This document shows positions 37,109-49,798 of a DNA stretch of 64,000 nt, one piece after another; positions within the stretch are counted from its first letter, which is position 1; each line of letters begins with the position of its first letter. The DNA comes from Ascidiella aspersa (Eukaryota), in assembly GCA_963924565.1 (NCBI GenBank), contig OZ004609.1, forward strand, positions 6,634,001 through 6,698,000, given 5' to 3'. Made by a program: the position numbers and the translations under genes. The notes under the pieces are model-generated. The model worked only from the letters and a program-made list of their open reading frames with translations, was not told the DNA's origin and did not search any database.

Positions 37109-38899
37109 TTTTTATGTTGGTCGTATCAACCTATACAACACTTGCATTAAAGGCAGCCCGTACAATCAAAAACGATTCCAAGTAGTGAGCTATGATTTAG
37201 AATATCTCCCCTTTTTAAGGCTGGTATTTTTACTCTCTTTCAGTATCATCAATTGTTGACTTGCCGGTACTTTCACAGTTCGTTTGCTAACTCACAGGCA
37301 GCAAATCATAGAAATCCTGCCTTCGGCACGACTCCTTAGTTGACCGAGAACTTCAACGAGATAAATCTATTTGACAAGGGCGCGACTTGAATCCATACCG
37401 GTAAATTTAAAGTATATGTAAATATATTTAGTAGGAGCCGTAATTAATCCTCTTCAAAAACGCTTGCCATACGTACTTGACAATTTTGGAAAAAATAGGG
37501 ATTTAAGGTATAGGCTGCAACACTCGAGTTATTATAAAACAATGATAGGCCAAAAACAAATAGATAACCTAACTTTTCTTAACATTTCTTGCGTTCTTCG
37601 AATTGCTTATCTTAATTAGAAATGTCAGCTTTTTGTCGCTGTAGTTCGATTCACAGAATATTTTCAGCCTATACTCCTTCCCAATGCACAACTTTGACAC
37701 TTATTGTTTGATTTTGCTTTACAATGATACTTCATTTCTTAGGTCTGCAATGGAAATTGCGATACACACTCGTGTTACTATAGCGGCAACCGCGTTTAGG
37801 TTCGATAATGTACGTCGTTTTGAAAACGTCAATCTGCTCGCAAAATGGCCAACGAACCGGACAAATAGGTCTAACGTTTCAGTTTAAGGCGCAAAGTCAG
37901 TTAATGATTTGTGCGATTATGTTGCAATCCGTAACAGTAGGGTAGCATGATCCTGTTAGCTCTAATATTAAAAATGCAGCTCTTAATTAGTTGGTTTCAG
38001 TTTTAACATTTTGCATACATCTTCGAATTTTGCCTATTAAACAATTGTTTTACTTCAAAGGTAATTGTAGATTTTTTCATAAAGAGATGATTTTTGGTGT
38101 CTATAGAAATTCGATAGGGTTGTCTCGCCTAAAAGGACGCACTAAAACAGCGTTAAAATTCATGTTTGTCAGGTAATTAATTAAATGGTGGACACTCGAA
38201 GCAAAGTATAGGTTTGAGTTATCAGTAAAAGGTTGGTCTAACCAAGCCGTTGAAAATTTACAAGCTCAACAGTGCCGTGATTACGTGCTAGACATCAACT
38301 TCTGCTTTATCACCGAGCTTATTTGAGTAGATATAAATCCGCCATAACCTTGCGTGAACGTGGGTCTGAGTTACAGGAATTGCGGAGAAGGCAACATTTA
38401 CATACTAAACCTCGTTGAAGTGTTTTGTTTGAATCGCAAACAGCGTCATAAGTTGCTATAGTCACCACGACAATTTGAAACAGAGAAAGCGTTTTCGACT
38501 TGAACGACAAGACATGGTTTATTCCACGGTGGTTAAATCTTTTCAGCGTCCTCTTTGGACGAAGTAAAGACGCAAGAGGCCTGCTTTGCAATTTAATGGG
38601 ACCCGCAACATATTTTCATTGAAATGTTTTCTCGCTCATTTCTGTGCTACATTTTTAAGGCATATTCTTTCGTTTTTTTAAAGTAACTTTTTCGTATTTT
38701 TTTAGAGAATGTTCACTATAAAGATCAATTATCAAAATATATTGAAAATATTGCACATTGTTATGACAACTCACTTTTATTGTTTGATATTGCAATTATG
38801 CAAACCCTATACAATCAGAGGTCCAATTTAGGCATCGTCCCATAACATATGTTTACCATGGGTGTATGATTTAAATGCGTTTTGCGCTTCGATCCAATG

Positions 38900-39012
38900 T
38901 AAGGAATTGGTTCCTTTTTCACATGGAGAAATTCATCCTCGGCAGCATTTTTGCATTTTGTTCCTTCACGTCTTTGTTCATTGGCGGTTTTTGAGTGATT
39001 TCGTTGACTCAT
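38900..39012 (-). pseudogene. Truncated PhyH-family exon 1 remnant
   Basis: MSQRNHSKTANE..NAAEDEFLHVKKEPIP; upstream 39012-39600 matches 31263-31370 and 32470-32880. Confidence 0.8.
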
Positions 39013-39972
39013 TATTCACTGGTGTATAGCACAGAATACAAAATAAAATTACGAAAAGGCTGCAACACGGCAAATGAATTACATTAATATAACAAAGGTT
39101 GCATTTTAAAAGGTTTATCAATAGGGATGTTCAAAGTGTAGGGGTGGATTATGTAGCGCAGGGGAATTAAAATTCAAAAGGTGCACCTGGCATACATAGG
39201 CAAAAGTAACGCAATGCATTGCAAACGTGATTCTGCTTTGCACGGTCAGTGAAATATTTTGCACGCTTTATTGAACTTTGTACTTTGTCGACATTATAAA
39301 AGTACTCACCCTTTTCAGGTAGAGTTGTGGTGTTTGTTTTGCGTGACGTGGCGTATCACGGCGGGTGTGACTTTTATGCCATTTAAGTGTGGCTAACAGC
39401 AGCTTATGCAAAATTTGCTCCTAGTGCGACTTTGTTTTGAGCTAAAAGGATGCTAAAATGAACAAAAGACCGTAACATTTACTACCCGGTCGTCAGATTA
39501 GAAATACCGTAGACTTAAATCACAGATCACAGCAGCTGTCTAGCTATAGTTATTCAAACTAAAGCGCCCGAAATGACAACTCTAACAACCCTGTAGCGAG
39601 TAGGGTAAAATAAGTAATTAATGGGGGCAGTAATAAATAAACATAAGTTTTTCGTTGTTTGAAATTTCAATTCTTTTTTTTTTTTAATTTGCAGCCTATG
39701 TAGTTGTTTTGGACACAATACACAGGTGCAACTGACAACATGTTTTAATTGTTGTTAATTGGGGTACTTCTAAAAAGTTTTCGATGTAGGTCTCTGGTAT
39801 CTGGTATTAGGCCTATACAATTTAAACCAATTTTGAAATCAGCCAAGGAAATATATAGCCTATACGCTGCGAGTGATCGGATTAATAAAGCAATTATCCA
39901 ACTACCAGTAAAAAGTTACAATGTTTCGGCAAAAACTGAACTAAAAACCTCAACAAAAGGCTCCAAAGCAAC

Positions 39973-40802
39973 CTACTTGATCCACGCGTAATCGAATTGG
40001 TAGACTTCATTAGCCCATGGGCCACCTTCTCCGTCAGAACGGCAAGACCTGGACGATCCGTATCTCTTGTAGGTCAGCTCAGCGTTTCTAGCCCCGGCGC
40101 ACCATCCACCGTTCTGCACAGCGATCATGGTGTAGCCTCGGTCGAAGGCTGCGGCCACGCACTTCTTAATGGCATCCTTTCTCTTGCTGTACTCCCCGTC
40201 CAAGTTGACGTCCAATTTCTCGAGGGCTGGAATCGCTCTTAAGTGTCCTTCCAGCAGCCCATCTTTCTAGTGTGACAGGGAACGAATTTGGTAAATTTTT
40301 AAGCGATCGAAACCCCCATAAAGAAAGCCTTTGTTTTTTAAGTTTGGAATTGGATAATTTCTTTAGCAGAAGATGAACAAATTATCTTCTTCCAAACTGC
40401 AATCTATTAATTTTGTCGCTAACCACATAATTATAACAGAAGCGTTCTTTCGATGGACACCGAACTGATATAGGATGCCTTTCAGCACAACTTTTGTACA
40501 ACCTAATGGTTGGTGACAAGCTGTAGAAACAATGCGTAAATTTGGTGTGCATTCATAATTGCCGTACACTGACTGCTCTTCTACTATTCAAAAAAATAGT
40601 ATCAGGCTTTCTAAAAAAAAGACTTTGCGGATTGTCTTCCTTCGACACTTAGTAACTGCTATTTACCTTTTCCAATCGACTTTAGTTCGTAGACCTGGTT
40701 TGCCCATAACCCTCCTGTTCCATTAGGCTTGCAAGCATTTGAGGATCCGTATTCTGCGTAGGTGGAACGTTCGCTAGAAGAACCAAAGCAATAGCCACCA
40801 TC
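39973..40802 (-). pseudogene. WSC-like paralog W2, pseudogene (exons 3-4 only)
   Basis: Exon 3 at 40802-40667 is open. Exon 4 acceptor is lost (cccag to ccctg) and a short deletion gives GAC ACT TAA near 40240. Exons 1-2 are not visible upstream. Confidence 0.85.
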
Positions 40803-41434
40803 CTTACGTTGCAAAAAAATGTTTTTGCCACTTACGTCGCAAAAAAATGGCCCAATAAATTTTTATGAAAGAAAAAACTGTAAAATAGGTTTAGAACAAA
40901 ACATTAGTGAGATATTTATATAAAACAATAAATTTACATTCGTTTTTATTTCCTCCCCAATCCATTATTCCTGTAAAATTAAATATAGTGACACAAATGA
41001 AACTAAATCTAGCTTTTTTAAATTGTTTTTTGGCCCACCTCAAATGTTCTTATGGCCCACCAGTGAGCCATGGCCCACTGGTTGAGAACCGCTGTCCTAG
41101 TAGCAGAATACTACTGATTTAGCTAATCCTCACGCTAACAATCACCCGACTAATTGTACGCTAAATAGAAGTTGTATTTAGGCTACAGTGAACTTTAAGG
41201 CAAGAAAATAAAACGCACATTGCGCAAAACTCTTTAACGTGTTTTGAAAAACGGCCGTTCACAACAAGCTAATTACCATTTCATGTATAAGGAAAGAATG
41301 TTAGCAGACTAAAAAAAGGAGATTTTGGTTGACTCTTATTGGAGGCTGAGAGAAACACCTTAAAGTCAAGATTACCTTGGATAGATATTAACGCATAGCA
41401 AGCCTATAGTCATAACTCAAGTAACACCAGTTAT

Positions 41435-41654
41435 TAATAATTTCAATAAAAATATCAAAGCCAAAATATTAGATAAAAGCGACATTTCGCAATTTCCCGA
41501 CGTTTCAGCAATAACTCATGCCATCATCAGTGTAAAAATCAAGTGAAGATAAAAGCGATAAAAGGTAAAAAGAAAGGAAAAAAAACAGCAGCGAAAAAAG
41601 GCGATGTCGCTTTTATCCAATATTATGGATTTGATGTTTTTATTGAAATTACTA
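41435..41654. mobile_element. Second-family fold-back mini-element carrying a minimal hammerhead core
   Basis: About 50-bp inverted termini (taataatttcaataaaaatatcaaagccaaaatattagataaaagcgacat and its complement). Minus strand at 41496-41533 reads CTGATGA-T-GGCA(tgagttat)TGCT-GAAACGTC. Confidence 0.72.
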
Positions 41655-42549
41655 AAAAAAATATTTGATCCCCGTCGCAGATAAATACATTTTCAGTTAC
41701 GCTCCGTTACATTTAAAGTTGAAGTCTTTCGTTTTTAAAGAAAGTACTCATATCTTTATTGCATTAGATTTATATGCATTGTTAGCTGAGCCTATATGTA
41801 CTTACTCAAACCCTTTAATTTACAAAATCGGAGTACAATTTTACCAAAATTGAAACACAGCAAATATTTAATTCACATAGCTTTTTCAATGCAAAAACTT
41901 TTACTAAGCAAAGCTCTTGTGGTGTTGGGCATAGTTGCAAAAGTTACAACCAAACGACAGCTCATCTAAGAAAGTGGTAACAGTCCATTCACCTCCAAGG
42001 CACCAAGCACAATCTGTCTGGTTTTATTGTTTATTTATATAGCTATCAGCTGTGCGAAACGACAAACAAGTTACTCTACCTGCAGTCACGATGCTAACTC
42101 AAGTAGCATGTGCGTGCAGATTGTGGAGCTTCCAAAAGTTTAAACGCAATTTTAAGCCACGTTGGGAGTCGCGATCTGTCAATTGGCAAACCGCTTGTTA
42201 ATACGAACGAAATTTGTCAATTGGTGGGGGTAAATGTTGCTGACAGATTAACGAAGCTGCTGCAAATGTACGTTGGCTTAAACGCGTCTTGATTGCGGCT
42301 TCTAGTGTTTGGCCAGTGACCAGCACCCTGGCAATTCAGTATGCGCGTATCAGACTTTAGACTTAATAGTGTTTTAACTGCAGTGAAGTGCAGCTATTAA
42401 CTGATCATTTTCTTGATATGCCGCATTGCTGTAGATTAAGCACCTTGTCCAGAATTTATACTTACTTAAGAATAAATGTTAAAGGTTATCCAAACAATCG
42501 CAACAAGTTTATGGTTTCTCGTCAATCAAAGTAAACTGTTGGCAGCACA

Positions 42550-45500
42550 ATGGATGCTTTAGTCACTAGTGAGAAAATACAAGGACAACAAACTGGCTCG
42601 CGGGCCACTGGTTGTAAGGCCAAGTTGCAACCAGTGTTCGGCTGTCTCCTTGCCTTGGTCGCGGCCGTTTTCGGTGCCACCTCTGGTCTATTGGTGAAAT
42701 ACGTTGACGAAGCATCAGAGGATCAGATACAAGTAACGAGAAACGTCCTTCAGTTTCTTTACACACTTCCTATTCTCACTTACCGCAGAGACAACTTCTT
42801 TCGTCCGCAGCCCAAGGTACATCTATTTCGTATCTCAAGTGTTTAACCTGAATAGGATTTTTTACAGACTAACTACTTGACATGAATCTTTATTTACTTT
42901 ACTTGGTAAATGACTAGAAGCTGTACCACTGTTAGGCCGTGGCTCTATGTCTGCATGTTTTCAAACTTACCAGTGAAAACGGTATTTAGTTGCAATGACT
43001 AAAGTCAATGAATTACGTTAAGTACACTAAAGTCGCTTTTTCACGACTTGAATTGAAGTATTTTGATCAATACGATTTATTTGAGACTTTTGAACAAATG
43101 AATTGTTTACAATGCTGGTATTTAGATGACTGTTTTTTTAATTGACCTACCTTGACTGAACCATACTTGACAGATTAACATGGATTGACTAAACTTGATG
43201 ATGCATACCTCTACATTAGGTATATGTTCTCCCTGTTTATTTTGAGTAAAAGTGTCGAGATCCGATCTGCTACCAGCAAATGACGTCATTACTATGTTAA
43301 AATAGTCCAAATACGTAAACGTGAAATTTTTTTAGGTAATATGTTTCTGGTTGAAGGCCGAAAGTGTTATTTTGAGTCAGTAGGTTAAGTTAAATTAGAA
43401 TATGTTCCATATACCAGAAATTTAACATTCGAAAGGAGAAAAACTGCATTGCATACATTAGAAGGCTAAACTACCCAAATTAATTTGATATTACATAGAC
43501 ATAGATGCAATCCCTGTATCGAATGAGTACCGATACTATCGCCTGATATCGGGTATCGGTTAGGATATGGTATTATCAGACATCTATTCTGATGATTAGT
43601 ATAGGTTTAACAATTTTGCTGGTGTGCAAAAGAAATAAAAAACTTTTTATTTACTTTTATGGCGACGTCTTCAACTTAGCACAAGGCGGTTATTTTAGTT
43701 TAATTGTCTTGTATATAGGTGAACCTCTTCTTGTTGTGTCGAGGACTGTTCGGAACAATTTCCAACTGGCTTTTCGTCTACGCTCTCACCTTCATTCCTC
43801 TAGGTGACGTCATGGCGTTGTTTAGCTGCAATGTGGTGTGTGTGGGCCTCATCGCTGCCATCTTCCTGAAGGGTTAGTAGAATGGGCGCCCCCGGAATAT
43901 CAAAATGAGATTATTATTATTGTTTATAAGTGTATTATGTATTACTCATGAAATATATGGAATAATATTAATTTGTATATAAATATCTAATGATATAAAA
44001 TCGTATGTACATATTAATATCATAGGTGAAAGTTAAATTATGATGAAATATGAACACCCCCCCCCCCCCCCCCCTGAAAAGAGCGTAAATCTAACAAAAG
44101 AAATAGTTTATAAATGGAGATCACTAAACTCTTGATGCTAAGGAAAATTTGGGCCTAATTCCCTGGTAAAATTAGATCAGTATATACTGAGCATAACAAT
44201 TACGTCATTTAGTGTTTGATTGAATCGCGATATTTGCAAAATTATCGGGCTTAGGTATCGGTATCGGCCATTCCTGGTCTCTTTCTGCCTTAAGAGGCAA
44301 TCAGCCTACAAGGCAATCTTATATAAGCTTGGCCGATCTCGGTGCATGTTTTAAATCAGCCATATTATTCGGTCTTCTGGTGGATAAATCGGGCCTGTAT
44401 AAATGTGGTGCGTTTTTGTTTGGATAATATGCTGTGTTTTCACGGGCATTGACCTTTTTTGTGCCTATTGCTCAGTATTTCATTTGCAATATGTTATTGC
44501 AATCTTTGCAATATTTTTCATTAAAATTTCGCAGTATTTTCATTAATATAATTTATTAAAGTCGATAAAAACAATTTTGCAGAAACTACAGTTTGTATAA
44601 TTCATAAGTTTACATGGCTCCCATGGTTAGAAAAAAATCGTTTCCGTTAAACAAAACATGTCATGAAATCAAAACAGTGTGATGAATGTTCTAAATCAGT
44701 GATCGGCAACCACCGATCCGCGGACCGGTACCGTATTAAGCACTCGTGAAGTGACCATATGAGCACGTTTACAACATCAAAAATTGCATTTTTCTGATTG
44801 TAAAAATCTAACTCCTCGTGCGGACAATATATTGAAAGCAGGCTATATATAATGTTTTTTAAAGTCCAAACGTGTTTACCCCAAAGTGCAATAAAATAAA
44901 ATCAGGCAAACAATGTTTATAATCAAGGAATTTACGACAAAGCGCGTGCATTTTAATTAGTTTATTGAAAGAAGATGCAATAAATTTCCTTTCCTGAACA
45001 TTTGTTGTTTTTAAGGCCAGTCCGCGACCAAATTTCAGTTTTAAACCGGTCCGCAGTACAAAAAAGGTTGCCGACCCCTGTTCCAAATGTTAGTGATTGC
45101 AATGAAAGTAGGCAAAAAATAGTTTGAAGGGGCCATGGCCTCCAGCCTTTTCAATGGTTCTACACCTGTAGCAAACTATAAGAACCAATAGTGCGTTTAA
45201 GTGGTTAATAATGCGCGACTTGCGCGATTATGATAAACATTCTTACTGTATTTAAACTTACCTTGTATAGCAGTGGTTGTCCACCGGGGTATCGCGGAAC
45301 CCTGAGGTGCCATATCTAATGCCCAAGTGTGCCGAGAGATATTTGAAAAAATAATCTCTTTGGGGTAAGATAAGAGTGGAATTAATCCACTGAAAATTTC
45401 TACGTTGTGTAGAGTTGATGTGAGTTGTTCCAGTTCCGTTTATTGTGACTTTCTATAGTGATTTACCTACAGGAAAAATCTTTTGGGGTTGCCGCAATAT

Positions 45501-46204
45501 ATATATTATTTCTGAGAGGTGGCGCAAGCCATAAAAGGTTGAGAACCACTGATGTATAGTTACATTCTGTCAAACTTACCTTGTATGTTATGCAGTTAAG
45601 CCTGTAATTGTAAAATTTAACTTTCGCAGAGCCCTGCGGAATTGTCCAAGTCGTTCTCTCGTTGGTCACGGTAGCGGGACTAATCCTCATCGCTCGGCCG
45701 ACGCTGATTTTCGGCGCCGACCCGGATTCGGGTTCAATCGGCGCCGCTGACAGAACCACCGGAAGCGTGTTGGCCATTTTGGCCGCACTAACTACTGCCG
45801 TCTCGTACAGCTTGATCCGCAAAATGGGAGCGGACATTCACTACAGCTTGTCCATGTTTCATTACTCTTGGATCGGACTTTTAGCGATGGTGGCCATTTC
45901 GCTGTCCAGGGGAACTCTAACCTTACCCTGCTTACATGATCTGCTGGTTGCAATTGGGTCCAGTGCTTGTGCTATTGCATCTTCGCTTACAACAACTTTG
46001 GCGCTGCAGCACGAAAAAGCCAACAAAGTGACGCTTGTGATATCCACAGAGGTTATATTCGCCTTTGCCCTGCAGCTGATTTTCCTTCCTTACAGGCCCC
46101 AGTGGACCAGTCTGGTCGGCACCCTGCTCATCGTCGGCTCTTCCACGTTTATCACAGTCGGCAAAATTAGGAAGGGTACCGCTGCATCTTCATCTGCATC
46201 CTGA
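42550..46204 (+). CDS. SLC35G-like (EamA/DMT superfamily) multi-pass transporter, 331 aa
   Basis: Exons 42550-42816, 43719-43872, 45630-46204 (996 nt, open). Motifs CRGLFGT, YALTFIPLGDV, AAIFLKEP, GLILIARP, YSLIRKMG, ALQHEKANKVTLV..EVIFAFALQ, SLVGTLLI are typical of SLC35G1/TMEM20-type proteins. Confidence 0.9.
44697..45080. mobile_element. hAT-like MITE in SLC35G intron 2
   Basis: cagtgatcggcaacc...ggttgccgacccctg; TSD ttctaaat/ttccaaat. Confidence 0.82.
45271..45551. mobile_element. hAT-like MITE in SLC35G intron 2
   Basis: cagtggttgtcc...gagaaccactg; TSD ttgtatag/atgtatag. Confidence 0.82.
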
Positions 46205-47689
46205 CTTGTTTTTACGTTCAAAAACCGCGGTAACGAAATCGAGTGATCTATATGCAACTGATTAGCTCAAGAAATCAATTGGCTTTAAACCGGTTATGGT
46301 TGGTTTTAGAACAATTTGACATTAATTTATTTCATTGGTTTGCAGCATCTTTCTGCTATACCATATAGTATGAGTGGATGATTCTATTGGAAATCTTTAC
46401 CAACCTTGAGTTGGAAGCTGCCTTTGATTTTCTGCTAATCTCTGTGCAAACCTATATTGGCGGGCTGTGAACTAGCCTACACCTTCAATTGTGGTGCGTA
46501 ACCCAAGCTATAAGAATTTATTTCAAACATGTTTATTTCGCGCAACAGTCCCAATGAAGTCAGGGAAAGTGGTGAAGGTATGATTTTCACAAGGTTAATT
46601 TATTGGGAATTCGATAAGTTTGACACATGCCATCATACTCGACGCACACAAGTATTTCTCATTAATAACCCTTATTTAGGTTTAGTATTCAAATTATTTG
46701 TGTTGTACGGTTTTCGGTGTTGTTAGAACGAATAAAAACGTGTGCAATGCACATCTTTTAAAGTGGTGGCTGTTACTAATATTGGTTCAGTTCAGTGCAG
46801 GATGTACATTTCATAATAACAGACCAACTAATGGTGCTGCGGAGTCGGTTACAAATAATCCGACTCCGGCCAAATGTGTGATTTCGTCGAGTACCGAGTC
46901 CGGCTCCTATTCCACATCATGTCTTTCACCGATTTACGTAGGTAAAATAAGGTTGCATTTAGCAATTCACCCATAGAGGTGCTATACAAATCATCCACCC
47001 ACAATACATGGGTTGGCAGATATTTCACCATATAAGCTGTTCCACCTTCACAATTTATAGTTGGCGGCAATGTCAGTTTCCTAATTTGTTAAAGCGCAGG
47101 TCGGACTCGCGACTCGGTTAGTTTTACGTTGTCTCATTAAGTATTTGATGTGAGTTGACTACGCGGTCGACATGTTTGTTTTATTTCTGCAGCTCGCAGG
47201 CTTCACATCCCTGGGTTAGTCAGTTACAAAATACCCGTTAAAACGTTAGTAGCGCATTCACTTTTAAAACATAGCCGACTTTTTTAATTTTTCACTTAAA
47301 AAGTTAGCATCGCTTTATATACCTTTACCCGCCATGGTAGTCTACAAAAGAGTCGCTTCAAATAATAGTCCTTTTATAAATAGAAAACATATTTTCTTTT
47401 AATTACTTTTAAAACATACAAAACAGATTTTTCAGTAAATTTGCCGCATTTCGATGGAAATTTGACATTGTATGCTGTTTAGCATATCTCTATCCCAACC
47501 TTTTTCCAAACGGACCATAGATATTAATGGTTTGTGATCTTACTATACCCATATATTTTGGAATCGAGTCGATTTTTTATCAACGGATAATTGCTGCAGA
47601 AGTGAAGCTTGCCTATAAATATTTGATTACTAAAGGGCGACCATTCGTTTAAAGCGGTCGTCGAATATGAATGTTTCATGTTGTACCAT

Positions 47690-48335
47690 CTCCATGATTT
47701 ATGCCAGGCAAGTTTGTCAGTGTTTCGGAAAAACGACTCGGTGTGTCGGTTGTGGTGAACAATCTGCCACCGTTTCATCCAAGGTCCGCCTATTTCAGGC
47801 GTAAGCATATCGTAGTCTTCTCCCTACCAAAAAATTCAAATCTTTTTTTTTCAATACTTTTTCTACTTAAGCATAGAATTAAAAAAAATTAGCTTAAAAA
47901 TGAATGTCAAAGCTAAATTGATTGCGTAAATCAACATCAACTTCAAAAATACGTTTCGACATGCACTTGCATCATTATTAATCTTTTTTTAAATACGTTG
48001 AAAAAAAACAAATAGAAAATCTACGCATCAAGATATGGTATTACAGCGTTTTATTGATCTTCGGCACACATTATTAATGAAGAAAATCCTGAAGTTATAC
48101 GATTCGACGCAAATGCAGAAAGCAGGTGCTCAAAAAAAAAGTAGGCGTTAATAATTTTAAACGATGTAATCCGGGCTGAAATTTATGAAAGAGCACTTAA
48201 CTTGGGATTTTTGGTTTGCAAACTACGCCGAAAACTACTAACTACGCTTTTTTTACTTTATTAAAATACTATATGAGGTAACACAACTGACCACTTTTTC
48301 CATTTTCAGCTCGCTTCTGTCCTGGCCGGCCAGTC
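47690..48335 (-). pseudogene. PhyH-family 3' remnant (end of exon 7, intron 7, exon 8)
   Basis: Exon 8 GEDYDMLTPEIGGPWMKRWQIVHHNRHTESFF..WHKS at ~47824-47696 with the stop changed to TGG; exon 7 tail ..SELKMEKV|gtcagt at ~48335-48290; the intron resembles 20230-20782. Confidence 0.85.
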
Positions 48336-48705
48336 AAAGGACTCTTCCTGGCAATATTCGGTATTTCTGATTAGTTTGAATTGCTTGCTATTTGTGTTCA
48401 TGGTTTATGTATACATTGTTATATACAAGAAAAGTAGCAAAATGTCGAAAGCAAAAAATAAGCAAAGTGGGACGAAGTTGCAAAAACTTATTTATCGATT
48501 GCTTTTAACTGACTTTTTCTGCTGGGTTCCGATTTGCATACTAAGCTATTTATCGCTGGCGGGTATTGAACTATCCAAAGACGTTTACCTTGTGAGTAGC
48601 GGTATTTTGCTTCCCATTAACAAAGCTTTAAATCCACTTCTATATTCCACATTGCTAGAAAAATGTGGAAAACAAATTAAAATACTCAAAGATCTTTGCA
48701 TGTAA
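48334..48705 (+). pseudogene. Orphan GPCR fragment, TM5-TM7, LGR/RXFP (LDLa/LRR-GPCR)-like
   Basis: SWQYSVFLISLNCLLFVFMVYVYIVIY..LLTDFFCWVPICIL..LLPINKALNPLLYS..stop. No TM1-4 is visible upstream; the fragment directly abuts the PhyH remnant. Confidence 0.75.
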
Positions 48706-49706
48706 CACAGGAACATAATACTATACCTGTACATCCCACGTCTGTAAATATTATCTTCTAAAACCTTTTTAAAAGTGTCTTTTAGAGTTTGTGTCGTACG
48801 TTTGTGAATACAACAGAAAAAACTTATACATGACACGGTCATTAGCTTGTTGTAAAAGGCCTTTTGTCAAGCTTGATAAACATTTTTTTCTAATGATTCC
48901 TTGATTTAAATTTCAATGTATAGCGCAACCAAAAACTTATCATCCACGACGCGGATAAAGCTAGTACAAAAATAAGCGCCAAGGGCTTTCCATCGCGAAA
49001 ACGTTTTGTTTGTTCTAGATTGCTTTGGCAACTTACAAATCAAAAATGTTAACGTACATGTCGTTAAAACTTGCCGTATCGAAATCAAACAAATAAAATG
49101 AGATTTACAATTCCTGTAACACACTTCGGCTGGTAAGGTTAAAAGGTTTTATAGATGTTTGAATAACTTTTGTGCGTAGAAACCGTGTGGGCAATAAAAA
49201 AAAACGCTTACTGGAACTCGTGAATTACCTCAATATTAAACTCGATGAAACTGGAGGTTTTTTGTCTAATCAGCAACATTCTATTTAGCATCAAAGCTCC
49301 GAAAAAGCCGAATCCAATGCGGAAGCTATTAGGTCGCCGTGGAAGGTTAGGATTTACCTAGTGTCGCCGTGGTAAAGCTACGTTGCAGATCCGCGCATAG
49401 CGTACCCAAATAAAAGTATTGCTGCGAGACGCATAAAACGAGAAACTCACAGTTTATAGCAACAGTAAAAAAAATGCGTTGGTCGTTGCTAAAATTGAAG
49501 CAAACACTTACAAGTAGGACAGTTACTTTTCTAGCCCAAACCTGCTTTCCTGTAAAAATATGGGTTGCGCCCTTTCCAAACAGTCACCGCGTTTTTGTTC
49601 CGATTTTAACAAAAATACTTAACGCTTGGATGTTTTACTGCGGGTCTGGGGAAATAGTGAAACGACCATAAAATCAAGCATAGTCAAATACAATAAAAAC
49701 TCTAGC

Positions 49707-49752
49707 CTTTATATCAGGGAGACTCTCCAACCGAATGCTCACTACTTTGAAA
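49707..49752 (+). promoter_or_regulatory. Putative core promoter of W3 (TATA-like + Inr-like)
   Basis: ctttatatcagggaga..gctcactactttgaa; the same spacing and motif (ccttaaaaaggggaga..gctcactacttggaa) is conserved upstream of W1 at ~37220-37176 on the minus strand. Confidence 0.45.
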
Positions 49753-49798
49753 TCCGTGTTTTTTGTCTTACGGCTCGAAGAGAACTTCAAGAATCAAA

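Noticed and set aside
44057-44074. Poly-C tract as a G-quadruplex element
   Set aside because: Simple intronic homopolymer with unreliable length and no supporting context.
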